64,000 nt of DNA from Octopus vulgaris (taxonomy: Eukaryota): NCBI GenBank assembly GCA_951406725.2, contig OX597836.1, positions 12,338,001-12,402,000 of the forward strand, written 5' to 3'. The notes beneath the pieces are model-generated. The model was not told where the DNA came from, searched no databases, and was given only the letters and a program-made list of their open reading frames with translations. Shown one piece after another: positions 1 through 13,606 of this stretch. A program made the position numbers and the translations under genes. Each line of letters begins with the position of its first letter. Position 1 is the first letter of the stretch.

Positions 1-487
1 ACACATCTTTGTGTGTGTGTGTGTATATGAAATACACACTCTTCCTCCGCTGGCTAATATATTAATAATACACTTCACTAATGTCTAATGTTTCAATTCC
101 ACTCTTTCCAACATTAGCATACATTTGATGAAATCTGTTTCATCTTGGTTTCCTCTCCTTGTTTATAGACACAGTGGCGGGGGGGGTGGGATGGGGGCAG
201 GAGCGGGGGGGGGGGAGGCGAGAGACAAACATACAAACACACACTTGTATACACACAAGCATATATATTTATATATATACATATATATATATTTATGTAT
301 ACAGCTGATGATGTGTGTATATACATGTATGTACAGACTCAAATCCAGACGTACACATGTATATGTATTGTGTGTATATATGTGTGTGTGTACATGTCTA
401 TAGAATGTGTGTGTGTGTGTGTGTGCATATATATATATATATGTACACTTGTATATGTATTGTGTGTATATATGTACATGTATATTG

Positions 488-536
<49 letters not shown>

Positions 537-1119
537 ATGTCTTGTATTTGTGTATATATTACATTGTATATGTGTGTATATAAATGTATATTGTGTGCGT
601 ATATGTAGATATATGTATATTTTGTGCGCGTATATATGTATGTTTATTGTGTGTGTGTATCTATGTATCTATATCTTATGCATGTACGTGTATGTACACG
701 TGTGTAATAAATATATATATATATATATATGTATGTATATGTTGTAAGTATATATAGGTACGCCAATGTATCCGTACTTGTGTGTTGAAACACTTTTAAA
801 TATGTGAACACCTGAAGATACCAACAGGGGTACATAAATTATACATACATATACATACGTACATACATACACACACATATGCACATCTGTTAATAAGAGA
901 GAGTTAGATTATTCAGTTTTATTAAATACAAAACTAAAATTTATTCAGCATAAAATTTTATCCATTTACTTTTATGTTTCACTGGGTAATATTTATTAGT
1001 GATGGTCATGACAGTAGATACCGGTGATGGTAAGGGTAGGTGACAGAAAGAGCATCTAGTGGTAGCAGATCTGCCTCAATAAACTTTGTCTACCCAATGC
1101 AACCATGGGAAAGTGCACA

Positions 1120-1516
1120 GGCGCAGGAGTTGGCCGTGTGGTAAGTAGCTTGCTTACCAACCACATGGTTTCAGGTTCAGTCCCACTGCGTGGCACCTTG
1201 GGCAAGTGTCTTCTACTGTAGCCTTGGGCCGAACAAAGCCTTGTGAGTGGATTTGGTAGACAGAAACTGAAAGAAGCCTGTCGTATATATGTATATGTTT
1301 ATATAAGTGTGTTTGTGTGTCTGTGTTTGTCCCCCTAGCATTGCTTGACAACCGATGCTGGTGTGTTTACGTCCCCGTAACCTAGCGGTCCGGCAAAAGA
1401 GACCGATAGAATAAGTACTAGGCTTACAAAGAATAAGTCCTGGGGTCGATTTGCTCGATTTAAAGGCGGTGCTCCAGCATGGCCACAGTCACATGACTGA
1501 AGCAAGTAAAAGAGTA
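1120..1516 (+). mobile_element. tRNA-derived CORE-like SINE (family A), full length
   Basis: Head GGCGCAGGAGTTGGCCGTGTGGTAAG...GGTTCAGTCCC (A/B-box-like), CORE-like CACCTTGGGCAAGTGTCTT, internal (TA/TG)n, tail ending AAGTAAAAGAGTA. Highly similar copies occur at 25590, 34515, 40627, 44655 and 52985. Confidence 0.9.
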
Positions 1517-2374
1517 ACAGCAACAACAACAACAGCAGCCGTTCAAGAATTTGGGACCTGGAGATCTCCATTTCCACCGACTTTGAGGGCCACCTCCCAG
1601 TGGTGTCGGGCGTCAACGAAGATCCCTCGACTATAACAAGACGACCAAAGTTTGTTTTTTTTTTCCCAAGGTCTGGGGTCTCCCTAAGCCCTAGACCATC
1701 ACCTAATCACCCTTACCCATCTTGTTGCTTAACAACAACAACAAGAACAACAGCAGCAGTTGTGATAGCGGTGACGTTGATGGGTTATGGTGATGATGAT
1801 GATGATGCTGCACCTGGCTATGGTTGTGGTGGTGATGGTGGTGGTGGTCTCTGCGAGATGATGACATAGATGATGATGATGATGATGAATTCGATGGCGA
1901 AAGACTGTTTGAGCTCTCCCGTAATGGAGATCACAGAAAGTCATGTTCTGCAAACACTGTTGACTCTTGGGAAGAGTCACAATATGTATTTCATAGGAAG
2001 ACGAGCAAAATCTCTACCACGTTTCTCTCTGCCCCTCACACACACACTCACACACACACACACACACTCACACTCACATTCACACACACACACATGCACT
2101 CATACACAATCCCATACGGACACCCACATGTACAGACATACCTACAAATAGCTTATTGAAGTCCATTATTGTGGCAGTTCATATACTTCAAAGAACAGCA
2201 TGTGTGTGTGTGTGGTATATTGTGTTTTGGAGAGATATTTTTATTGTGTGTATAAGATTAGAGGTTTGTGTATATAGGCATATCTATATATAGGTACATT
2301 TGTATATTACAAATATATCTATATAAAAATATATAAATGTGTTTGTATATTTATACATGCACACACACACATTT

Positions 2375-2416
<42 letters not shown>

Positions 2417-2907
2417 TATATAATATGCACGTGCGTATATAACTATATATGTGTGTGTGTATGTATGATTATATATGTGCATGTATATATATCTATATAT
2501 ATGTCTTCATATGTGAATATATATGTGTGTGTGTGTGTGTGAATATATATACACATATGTTTATATGTGTGTGTGTTTATATGTGAATATATATGTTACC
2601 ACACCTGATCAGGATTAGCTTTTATGTACGAGTTCATGTGGTTGATATTTTATTTTGTATAAATATGTGTGTAAAGGAAGATTTATTTGCCTCTGTATGT
2701 ATGTGTGTGTGTGTGTCTGTCTATTGTGATTGTGCCTGTGTGTGAGGACAAGTTATATAAAACAAAATCAGTTTGTATAAAGTGGTATTCTATCTTCACA
2801 TGTGTTGACTATCTGCCTGAGTCAAGTGACTGCTTCCTCTACCAAACACTAAACTACATCATATGTGTTTAGGTACATAGGTATGAATATATGTTTGTGT
2901 ATATATG

Positions 2908-2940
<33 letters not shown>

Positions 2941-2991
2941 GTGTGTGTGTGTGTTTCATACGTTCATATATATTGTAGACCATTCCAAATA

Positions 2992-3038
<47 letters not shown>

Positions 3039-3254
3039 GAGAGAGTAGGAGATGTAATGTAAGTTATATTGCTTTTGAATAAATCATGTTTTAAGCTTTC
3101 ACCTTGAAAAACCATACAAAGTGGTTGCACTGCCAGTCTTTTTTTATCTCTCTGAGGATACAAAAAAACTAAAATCTGTTTAGCTAGTTTCTAGACTTCT
3201 GTTTACTTCATCAGGGAATGACACACATTTTAAAGTATGTACGTGTTTTTTATG

Positions 3255-3600
3255 AGAGCTGTGGAGTCTGAGTCGGAAACAAGGGCTAGTTGGAGGTGGA
3301 GTCAGTAAAACTATGCCAACTCCAACTCACAATATCTTTATTCTTTAATATAAACCAATTATAGCATACAGGCCTACTCAAAGTATATGTGTATACCTAT
3401 GCTTTATGGGTTAAGTCAGGGGTTCTCAACCAATTTTTATCTTTGGATTTATTTTGATTTCTATTTTAATTCCTGTGGACATCTACCTATAGCCATTCGA
3501 TGTTTAAAAACTAGTTTTACAGAAATTTCTTTCAAAATCCTTATTTCGTTTATCACATGTTAACTTGTGCAGATTGAACTGTGTAAAATGTTAGAGAACA
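3255..3600 (+). mobile_element. hAT-like MITE remnants
   Basis: GAGCTGTGGAGTCTGAGTCGG...CCAACTCCAACTC motif, and a CAGGGGTTCTCAAC terminus at about 3418 typical of hAT/Charlie TIRs. The partner TIR is not seen. Confidence 0.45.
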
Positions 3601-5864
3601 ACTTTATACACCCACCAATGTTAGTGAGTTCGTAGTTTTAAAGTTCTTAAAGTATTTAGAACTTCCTTAGAATCTGTGAGTGCGTATGTACACGAGAGAG
3701 AGAGAACAAATTTGTAGGTGTGTCAGTGTGTCCGTGTTAAGAATCTTTGTCAGCTTTTAAGTACTGAGATTCTGGTAGTGTGTATGTGTGTCTGCATTGC
3801 TTGTATGTGAGTAATGTGTTTCAAGAATTTCAGCCTTCTGTTAACCACAATAATTTTGGCTGCATGTCATAAGCTTGTTGTGTGTGTTTGGGTTCGTGCA
3901 TGTGTATGTATGTGTGTCTATGCATCTGTGTTAGTGTGTATTCTATTTGTCTGTGTGTCATTCTTTGTTTTTATTTCTACTTTCACTTTCACTATGAGAA
4001 ACCATCGATCAAACTGCAGAAAGAATATTCCTGATTGTTTAGAGTAAAAAATTCCTACAATTCAGCTTCTGTGAGCACGCGGATGAGTCCTATATACCTT
4101 GCTATAGTTTATACTTCTGGAAGTTCATGGTTACTGTATCCTTTATGGAAGTAACCACTTAGTCATCAGTTCAAATCTCAGGGCAGCCAACTGCACAAAC
4201 ACTAACACCCCACTTGTTCTTCAGATGGTTTACAAAATGGTAGAAAGATTTTGGTAGAAAGAGACCGATAGAATAAGTACTAGGCTTACAAAGAATAAGT
4301 CACACACTACCTTCCCTATCGGTTATTTCAAATATATGTGTGTCTGTGTGTATAGGGTATCCAGCCATAAAAACCATGCCAAAACAGAGGGAGGAAGCCT
4401 GGAGCAATCTCCTACCTAGCCAGCACTCCTTTCAAACCATCCAACCCATGCCAGCATGGAAAACGGACCTTAAATGATGAGAATGATGATGATATGCGTA
4501 CGTGTATATTTTTACACACGTACGCACCTCCTATGAATGGAGCTCTGAGAACATCACAAATCATTCTACCATATGGCAGAGAAGGAAGCCAAATAGCAAG
4601 AAAGTTTGTATACCTGCCACAGGTGTAGTGTGCAGGTGCAGTCAGTACTGTGATGTCAGTGACTGGGTGAGGGGGCAACAGCAGGAGGGAGGGAGTGGGG
4701 ACGTGGATTGTGCTAATTAATCAAATAAACAATTAAAGTTCAGGCATCTTTCAGGATTGCATTGACCTTTTCTGCTATTTCTGTGTGTGCGCGTCTCGTA
4801 TGCATGTGTGTATGTATGTATTTATATGATGTGTGTGCATGTATGTGTATATATATGTTGTGTGTGTATGTATGTGTGTATATGTGTGCTGTGTGTGTAT
4901 GTAGGTGTGTATATATATATTTATGTATGTGTATATATGTATATATATGTGTGTGTGTGTGCAAATGTGTGTGTGTGTGTATATGTATGTAAATATATAT
5001 ATATGTATGTGTGTATATTACATATATGTGTGTGTGTATGTATATGTATATATAACTTTTTTAATGACTTGATTCTTTATCCGTTTCCTCACCTACCGTT
5101 GTTTTTCTGTTATTTTGGTGCCTTTCAACAGTTGTATTAGGAATTTAGCTCTTATTTCTAAACAGGTCAATGCTGTTTCTGCATTTTAATGCCTCATGGT
5201 AACTTTAACTTTTTTATACATATATATGTATATATATATGATATAGACTTCAAAAAATATGACAGATTGGTCATGGTTTGATTGTCGGTCGATCAGTTGG
5301 TCATTCAGTCAGTCGGTCGGTCGGTCGGTAAGTGGAAAGAAGCTAAATAAGGAATTCATAATGTTACGGCTGATTCTGTCTGATTCCAATCATTTGAAAG
5401 AAAAACGATAAAACTTCAAAATATTACGAACTGAAGCCACACCCACACCCCTCACCTTCACTTCCTCCTCTCCATCTTCAAAGATTAACCTTTTACTACC
5501 CATAGCTGTTGTAGTAGTTGTAATAATAGTAATCTTGATGATGATGGTGAGGAGGAGGAGGAGGGGGAGGAAGAGGAGGATTGCGGGGTCTGTTATCTGT
5601 GTTAGTGTTATTTACCTTACAACACACAAGTGTATTGCATCAAGTCTTTGAATAATTTGCTTTTAGACACTTCTTATCTCTGCTGTGATCATTGATTTTT
5701 AGATTCCATTTACACATAGACCACACACACACACACATATGCACACATATATTACACATACATAGATGCACACACACACACACACACACTCGTGTGTTGC
5801 TATCGAATTGAATTAGATTGGAGAGGTCACCTGCACGTGCTTTCTCAGATATACCTGCCTCTCC

Positions 5865-6300
5865 TCCAACACAACTTCGCCCCCAACACAGCTGCACTCC
5901 AAATCAGCTACACTCCTACACAGCAACACTCCAACACAGCAACACTCCAACACAGCCGCACTCCGACACAGTCACGCTCCTACACAGCCGCACTCCGACA
6001 CAGCCTCACTTAGACACAGCCACACTCCAACACAGCCACACTCCAACACAGCCACACTCCAAAACAGCCACACTCCAAAACAGCCGCACTCCAACACAGT
6101 CGCACTCCAACACAGTCGCACTCCAACACAGCCACATTCCAACACAGCCACATTCCAACACAGCTACACTCCAACACAGCCACACTCCAACACAGCCACA
6201 CTCCAACACAGCCACACTCCAACACAATCACACTCCAACACAATCACACTCCAACACAGCCACACTCCGACATGGCCTTACTCTCCAACAGAGCCTTACA
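5865..6300. repeat. 16-bp minisatellite (CACAGCCACACTCCAA)n, roughly 27 copies
   Basis: Directly visible tandem unit. It explains the 16-aa periodic ORFs on both strands. Confidence 0.95.
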
Positions 6301-7008
6301 CTTAACACATCCTTCTTCTGACATTGCCTCACTCCAGCACCACCTCCCTTCCACTTAGCTCCCACTCCAACTTTGAGATATTTTGTCCAACACTCAAACA
6401 ACTCTGTCCCTTTTACTAGAGATGGCTGTAAAATCATGGCGCCTCATATTTACCAAAGCATAAAGGAATACCTGAGGCTCTCAGACCCAGACAGAACTTG
6501 ATGAGGCGGGATTTTCACCAAAATATTTTGTTTCATAAATAACGAACAATTCATCTTACTTTGAGTGTGAATACAATGACTTCTTAATTTAATTTTAAAA
6601 ATAAAATAAATTAAATATATAAAATGTCTATTGTACCAAATGACTTTTTAATATATATTTCAGTATTTCTGTTCTGCGGTACTTCAAAATATAACTATTC
6701 TAATACTGCTATACACTCACACATACACACCAATGTGTGTGTGTGTGTGTGTGTTAATTTGTATAAATAGGGTGTCTATAATATTTCTAAGTGTATATAT
6801 TTGTATGCGTCTGTTTGAGTTAATTTTACGAATTATATATATATAAGGGTATGCATATATATATTTATGAATATTTATGATTTTTTTCTATATATTTATA
6901 TATGTATATATATATATATATATACACATATTTCATTTTATTTCATTTGATACATATATATATATATATATATATATGTATAAATATATATATATATGTA
7001 TATATATA

Positions 7009-7048
<40 letters not shown>

Positions 7049-7685
7049 TATATATATATTGTGTGTATTAATTTGTATAAATTAATTTTATTTTTTCGTC
7101 ACCCCTTTGATCTTGTCGTTTCATCTGTTCAAGTCTTGACGAAGAAGTTACAATGGAAAAACTATTATAGTGGTGAACTAACAACTAACTTGTTAGTCTT
7201 GTTTCAGAACACGACCATAATCTTTAATTTCAATTTTCATTTTATCCTCCAAGGAATTTGGCTAGAATTTTAGTCTTTAATTAAAGACATTTTTCCAAAT
7301 AAAATACATTGTTTGAAAATAGTTTTTTTTTTTTTTCTTGGGTGATTGGGTGGGGGGAACACACACAAAGATATAAAAACACATACATAGAAGAAAAGCC
7401 AGACTTCTCTCCTTATTCCATCCATGACCCTCCCCATTATTTTCTTTGCTTTCTCCATATATGTGTGTGTGTATGTGTGAGTGTGTACATATATGAGGGT
7501 ATATGTGTGTGTATGTGTGTGTGTGTGAGTATGAGACCATTCCTGATTCTGTGATATAAACTGCATATATGTATGAGGGTATATATGTGTGTATGTGTGC
7601 ATATGTGTATGTGTATATATATGTGTGTGTGTGTATATATATATATATTTGTCTGAGTGTATATATATATCTATATGTGTGTGTG

Positions 7686-7733
<48 letters not shown>

Positions 7734-7807
7734 TATATACATGTGCATGTGTGTGTACATATATATATATATATATGTATGACATATATACATGTGTATG
7801 TGTGTGC

Positions 7808-7856
<49 letters not shown>

Positions 7857-8485
7857 GATATGTATAAATATATATGTGTATATGTAATTATGGTGATATT
7901 TTTTTTATTTTTTTATTTTTTTTTATTTTATCTAGTTTCAGCTCACGAGCTGTGGCCATGCTGGGGCACCGCCATATTGTATATATATGTGTATATATGA
8001 TTGTGTGTGTGTTTGACTATGTGCATTTTCCTAAGCCTAAAGCTGTGACTACCATATTTATCATGTGAAAGAATTCGGCAGAGAATTAGATATTTGCCAA
8101 AATATTAATACCCGTTTTTGACATCTGCTAAATAAATCAACTTATGAATTATTCAAGTCATTTCTAAGAAAATTCTTTAAATTTCGCAAGAACATATTTG
8201 TAAAAAAACACAGTAATACTACTACAACAACTACTACTACTACTACTAATAATAATAATAATAATACTGCTAATAATAATAATAATAATAATATAAATAA
8301 GACGATAATAATAATAAATATTAATAAGGATAATATTTTTTTATAATCACGATGATAATATAAATAATAATAAGAAGTGATAATAATGGTAAATATAATA
8401 ATTTTATAGATAATAATATTAATAATGCAAATAATAGTAATAATAGTAATAGTAATTATATGAATTTGTATAAATAATAATAACA

Positions 8486-8526
<41 letters not shown>

Positions 8527-8779
8527 TGGTAATACTAAAAATGACAAGAAGAATAGCTATTGTGGCAGGAAAAAGAAGAAATATAACTTTTGGGAAAATG
8601 TCTTCAACCAACATTCGTAGAATCTGTTGCAAATAAACTGTGTTGCAAATCAATTTATAAGTTTTAACCTCAGAAATAATAGAGTAAAAAATATAGAATA
8701 ACCATTCTTTGCTTACTCCAAGTTAGGTATAGGTGTTTTGCATGAGAATCATATCATTGCCATTTTGCTTGAACATTTT

Positions 8780-9078
8780 GCATGGCACGTAAAAAGCACC
8801 ATCCGTTTGTGGCTGTTGCCAGCCTCGCCTGGCCCCCGTGCCGGTGGCACGTAAAAAGCACCATCCAATCGTGGCCGTTGCCAGCCTCGTCTGGCACGTA
8901 AAAAGCACCCACTACGCTCACGGAGTGGTTGGCGTTAGGAAGGGCATCCAGCCGTAGAAACATTGCCAGATCAGACTGGGCCTGGTGCAGCCTTCTGGCT
9001 TCCCAGACCCCAGTTGAACCATCCAATCCATGCTAGCATGGAAAGCGGATGCTAAACAATGATGATGATGATGATGAT
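8780..9078 (+). mobile_element. RTE-tailed SINE/non-autonomous retroposon (family B)
   Basis: Repeated TGGCACGTAAAAAGCACC 5' modules, GGTTGGCGTTAGGAAGGGCATCC core, tail CATGCTAGCATGGAAAGCGGATGCTAAAC(ATG)n. Confidence 0.85.
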
Positions 9079-9126
9079 GTGTCTGTTTAGCTGATAGTGT
9101 ACAGTACCCTAACTGCGTTTTAAACC

Positions 9127-9395
9127 TTGGCACCTGTGCTGGTGGCATGTATAAAAGGATTCGAGCAAGGTCGTTGCCAGTACCGCCTGACTAGCCCCCA
9201 TGCCAGTGGCACGTAAAAAGCACCCACTACACTCTCGGAGTGGTTGGCGTTAGGAAGGGCATCCGACTGTAGAAACTCTGCCAAATCAAGACTGGAGCCT
9301 GGTGCAGCCATCTGGTTCGCCAGCCCTCAGTCAAAATCATCCAACCCATGCTAGCATGGAAAGCAGACGTTAAATGATGATGATAATGATGATGA
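9127..9395 (+). mobile_element. Family B retroposon
   Basis: Same core and (GAT)n tail as 8780-9078. Confidence 0.85.
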
Positions 9396-9454
9396 TGGTG
9401 GTGGTGCCAACCCAACTGAGACGATTCCTGATTCTGTGATATAAACTTTCTGTC

Positions 9455-9826
9455 ACGACCTTTTTTAGCATTTAGATTATTCTCTCAAATGCAGAAGTAG
9501 GAATTTCAACCGTGTTTCGTGGTCTGTTACCACAAGAGCTCCTTTATAGGATCCAGTTAGCTCAAGACATCATCAGGAGGAACCACATCCGGTTTCGGCC
9601 CCTACTCCTCTACCATTTTGACGTGCCCCCCCCCCACCTTTCGGGGGTGTCTTCAGCTCTGATGTTGGATGCATTATTCCGTAGCTTTGAGATTTCAATA
9701 ATGTAATCATTTATTTTTAGAAAGGCATTGTAGGGTAGATGAGAGAAATCAAATCTGGCCAGTTTGAACATACAATGGGTAAAATATTTGAGGTTGGTAC
9801 GGCCAGCTTAAATGCTAAAGGGTTAA
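9455..9826 (+). mobile_element. TTAA-flanked (piggyBac-like) MITE, interrupted by a GC-rich insert
   Basis: 5' ...TTTAGCATT and 3' AATGCTAAAGGG-TTAA inverted termini. The interior matches the unit at 38081-38838. Confidence 0.7.
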
Positions 9827-10242
9827 AGTGGTCTGACTTAATACCTTCTTCCATCAAAGCAAATGAATTGACCCCAAAACTTTTTTTTTTTGTTAAGCCT
9901 TTGAACTTTAAACAAACCAACACCAGTTGTCCAGCAATGGTGGGGAACAAACACACACACACACTGATACATACACACACACACAGATACACACACACAC
10001 ACACACGGCTCTTGTGGTACCATCCCACCCATGCAAGCATAGAACATGAACGTTGATGGTGATGATGATCATACACACACACAATGAGTTTCTTTCGGTT
10101 TCCATCTACCAAATCCACTCGCAAGAATCTGTTCAGTCTGATACTACAGTAGAAGACACTTACCCAAGGTGGCACACGGTGGCACTGAATTGGTGTACAT
10201 ATGCATGTGTGTGTATTCATATATGTGTCTATGTATTACCAT

Positions 10243-10653
10243 GATGAGCTAAGGAGGAAGGAATCCCTCCAGGATGGGTGGGAGTCACTCAGAGCAAGGA
10301 AGTCCGTTAAGCCCCATAAGTTAAGAAAATAGATTTCACTGATCCTCAGTTTAAGACCCTATTACAAACCTAGCAACCGCATCCTCCCTAAACTCTGAGC
10401 ATCCATAAGGGGAGACTCATATTCCAGGTGACAGCTGTGTGGATGATGCTGACGGTTATAAGGCGGTGGGGTGAGCCTGAGGAAAAAGGGTCATAGCTGA
10501 TAATCTTAAACTAATATTTGTGTCCCTAAAACCTAAAGTACTGGTTCTTATATCTTATTTTTTGCTGCGTGCGGCAGACGCAGAGGTAAGAGCTGTTTCC
10601 TGTATTTAATAAATAACCGGTTTCCAAAATCTATTTAGTAACCAGCATCTTAC
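10243..10653 (+). mobile_element. Possible solo LTR or unclassified insertion
   Basis: About 410 bp of non-microsatellite sequence between two TTACCAT direct repeats (10236-10242, 10654-10660), with TATAA near 10457 and AATAAA near 10608. TG..CA termini are not clean. Confidence 0.35.
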
Positions 10654-10727
10654 TTACCATTGCTTTTTAAAACAGCTTATGTAGTTTTATATATATATAT
10701 ACATATATATATGTGTGTATGTGTATA

Positions 10728-10772
<45 letters not shown>

Positions 10773-11544
10773 ATATGTGTATATATATGTGTGTGTGTGT
10801 ATATATATGTGTATATATATATGTGTGTGTGTATATATATATGTGTGTGTGTGTATATATGTGTATATATATATGTGTGTGTGTGTATATATGTGTATAT
10901 ATATATATGTGTGTGTGTATATATATGTGTATAAATATATATATATATATAAATATATATCTGCATGTATATATAGATATAGATATATAAATATATATCT
11001 GCATGTATATATAGATATAGATATGTATAAGTACATACACATATATATTATACATACAAATATATATGCACACACACACACAGATATACACACACATATG
11101 AATATATTTGCATATATATATATATATATATATATACGTATTACCTTTCAAGCTGTCAGCCATATCTATGTTAAGTCTTATTTCCCAGAATTATCCTGCT
11201 GTGTGTGGGAAGGCTTAAAAGGGGATAAAGCAAGCATTAGACAGACATCAGAGTGATACGGAATGATCTTTTTTCAACAAGGATATCAAATTTCTCTAAT
11301 GTTTGACTATCAGAAGTGATACAGTCCAAAGATGGAACCCAGTCCCCTACATTTCATAGTTCAGTCCCCCTCTTCATATCACATACCTTACTGTTTTAAC
11401 CTTTGGCCTCTGTCTTGTGTATCACATGGCATCCATGCATCGTATAATGATACACTCTCCAATATTTTTTCAGTTCTCAGAGTATCTTGGGACTTATAAA
11501 ATTAAGCTTTATATTACTAGATTTACTCAGAACATATGTGATAT

Positions 11545-11972
11545 GTTAGTTAGTTAATTTTTTGGCTCAAAAAGCAAAGAGCAAGGCCATGTTGGGGGAT
11601 ATGGAGTTATGTACAGGGTGGTGTTCATGTAAAGAGTTCAGGCCACTTGTGGTCAAGGGAGACTTAGAACCGAGCGCTCGTCGGCATCTTCACTATCTCG
11701 TCCGGCAGCTTATTCCACGGATCCGCAACCCGGACGGAGAAATCCCCTCTCCTTCGATTGAGATGAAATCGTCGCAGATAGAGCCTTTCAGAGTGACCCC
11801 GCAGCCGACACTCTGGAGCAGGAGTGAAGAACAGCTCTTTCAAGAGGTTACACTTTCCGCTTATGATGTTGTGAGCAAGAATGAGATCACCACGGCGGCA
11901 GTGTTTTTCTAGAGAATAAAGGTCGAGTGTCTTCAGCCTTTCTTCAAAAGACAAATGCTTGAGACCAGAAAC
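11545..11972 (-). mobile_element. CR1-clade LINE, 5'-truncated 3' end (ORF2 C-terminus + 3' UTR)
   Basis: ORF 11664-11954 reads SFEERLKTLDLYSLEK..RRGDLI..RLRGHS..FSVRVADPWNKLP, typical of the CR1 RT C-terminus. (TAAC)n-type tail. Confidence 0.9.
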
Positions 11973-12159
11973 AAGGGTTAATTAAAAATCTGAACACCAT
12001 CATGGAGATATTGGGCGAACTTAGGAAAATGTTTTAGACAGGTAACAGGTTAAAGCCAAGGGAAGCTCCCACCACACACTTGTAATAGCAGCCAAATTCT
12101 CCACGAATAGAAGCACTGTCTTTAACTCAGAGTCTGCCAAAAAAAATGTATACACACTT

Positions 12160-12480
12160 CATCATCATCATCATTAATTAATGTCCATTTTCCATACTGG
12201 CATGGGTTGGATGGTTTGACTGAGGTCTGGAGAGCCAGCGGTTGCACCAGGCTCCAATCTTGATCTGGCAGAGTTCCTACAGCTGGATGCCCCTTCCTAA
12301 CGCCAACCACTCTGAGAGTGTAGTGGGTGCTTTATAGGTCCCACTGGCACAGGAACCAGTAAGGCAGGACTGGCAATGATCACATTCGGATGGTGCTTTT
12401 TACATGCCACCGGTACAGGAGCCAGTCCGGGGGTGCTGGCATCAATCACAATCAGTTGGGGTTTTTTATGTGCAACACCT
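12160..12480 (-). mobile_element. Family B retroposon
   Basis: (CAT)n tail followed by the reverse complement of the family B core. Confidence 0.8.
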
Positions 12481-12504
12481 ACCCTACAAAGAAGTTCTCT
12501 GTAT

Positions 12505-12800
12505 AGGCACAGGCGTGGCTGTGTGGTAAGAAGCTTGCTTTCCAACCATATGATTCTGTGTTCAGTCCCACTGCATGGCACCTTGGGCAAGTGTCTTCTT
12601 CTATAGCCCTGGGTCAACCAAAACCTCATGAGCGTATTTAGTAGACAGAAACTGAAAGAAACCTCTTATAACTATTTATGTGTGTGTGTGTGTGTCTGTC
12701 TGTCCTACCACTTCTTGACAATTAGTTTTGGTATGTTGACATCTGTATCTTAGCAGTTCAGCCAAAGAGACCAATAGAATAAGTACCAGGCAACTAAAAG
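12505..12800 (+). mobile_element. Family A SINE, diverged
   Basis: GGCACAGGCGTGGCTGTGTGGTAAGAAGCTTGC head and CORE-like block. Confidence 0.8.
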
Positions 12801-12814
12801 ATAAAAGGTAGATT

Positions 12815-13200
12815 GACCTGAAAATAGCTGCTTTTAAGCTGGATCAAATTAAACCACCTACTTACACACTGATCTCTCACTGGATTAAACCAGCCACTTT
12901 CATTTTGATCTCTGGTCTGACTAAACCAGCTACTTGAAACACTGATTTGCGTTTGACCTCACCGAAACCAATTACTTTCGAATTGATCCTCGATTTACCA
13001 AAACCAACTACTTCCATACTGATTTCAGATTTGCCTAAACCACCTGGTCTCTGGTTTACCTAAACCAGCTTTCCACCCCACCCCACCCACCCCATTCTGA
13101 TGTCTCTTTGATTTAACTAAGTCAGCTATTTTCACACTGGTCTCTGTTTGATCTGACTAAACTGACAACTTTTCACACCACTCTGACCTAACGTAAATGC
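12815..13200. repeat. Degenerate ~36-bp minisatellite
   Basis: AAACCA anchors at 12851, 12887, 12923, 12965, 13001, 13037, 13062. Consensus approximately AAACCAGCTACTTTCACACTGATCTCTGGTTTGACT. Confidence 0.75.
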
Positions 13201-13490
13201 AAATTTCACAGACATCTTTTGATTTTTATCCGAATTAACAACTTCTACTAAGATATACATCTGATATCAGCTGCTTCCACACGTCTGGGTTTTAAACTGA
13301 AACTATAAGTTATCTATCTTTTGTGTAGTCACTCAACAGTCTCCATTATGACTAACTGGACTAATCTACTTCAACAGACTCATTACCATCGTTAAAATAG
13401 GGACCACATGTTTTAAGTTAGGGGTCTTAGATTAGCTTAATCCTGTAAGAAAAGCAAGATATCTACAACCAGAATTAGTGTTACATAACA

Positions 13491-13606
13491 TTGACCTTTA
13501 GCATACTGTAGGTGCATCATATCACAATATGAGTTTTCTCCCCTGTATTAACAAGGCATTGACAGGGGAAACAATTCTGGGGAAAATGCAGTGTGCTAAA
13601 GGTTAA
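13491..13606. mobile_element. Short TTAA-type MITE
   Basis: Inverted termini TTGACCTTTAGCATACTG / CAGTGTGCTAAAGGTTAA, plus an internal TCCCCTGT/ACAGGGGA inverted repeat. Confidence 0.7.

Noticed and set aside
805-840. CTGAAGA-TACC..GGTA partial hammerhead (similar partials at about 20820, 32575, 41990)
   Set aside because: The second or first half of the core is missing.
1540-2030. Unique sequence with open frames (e.g. EFDGERLFELSRNGDHRK...)
   Set aside because: No convincing splice sites or start codon, no recognisable protein, and the frames run into microsatellites.
3175-3225. Minus-strand CTGATGA...GAAACTAG hammerhead-like words
   Set aside because: Stem I and stem II do not pair, and there is no proper UH site.
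5818-6321. 167-aa repetitive ORF (TPTQPHSNTATLQHSH)n
   Set aside because: The unit is 16 nt, not a codon multiple, and is open in several frames on both strands. This is a minisatellite artefact.
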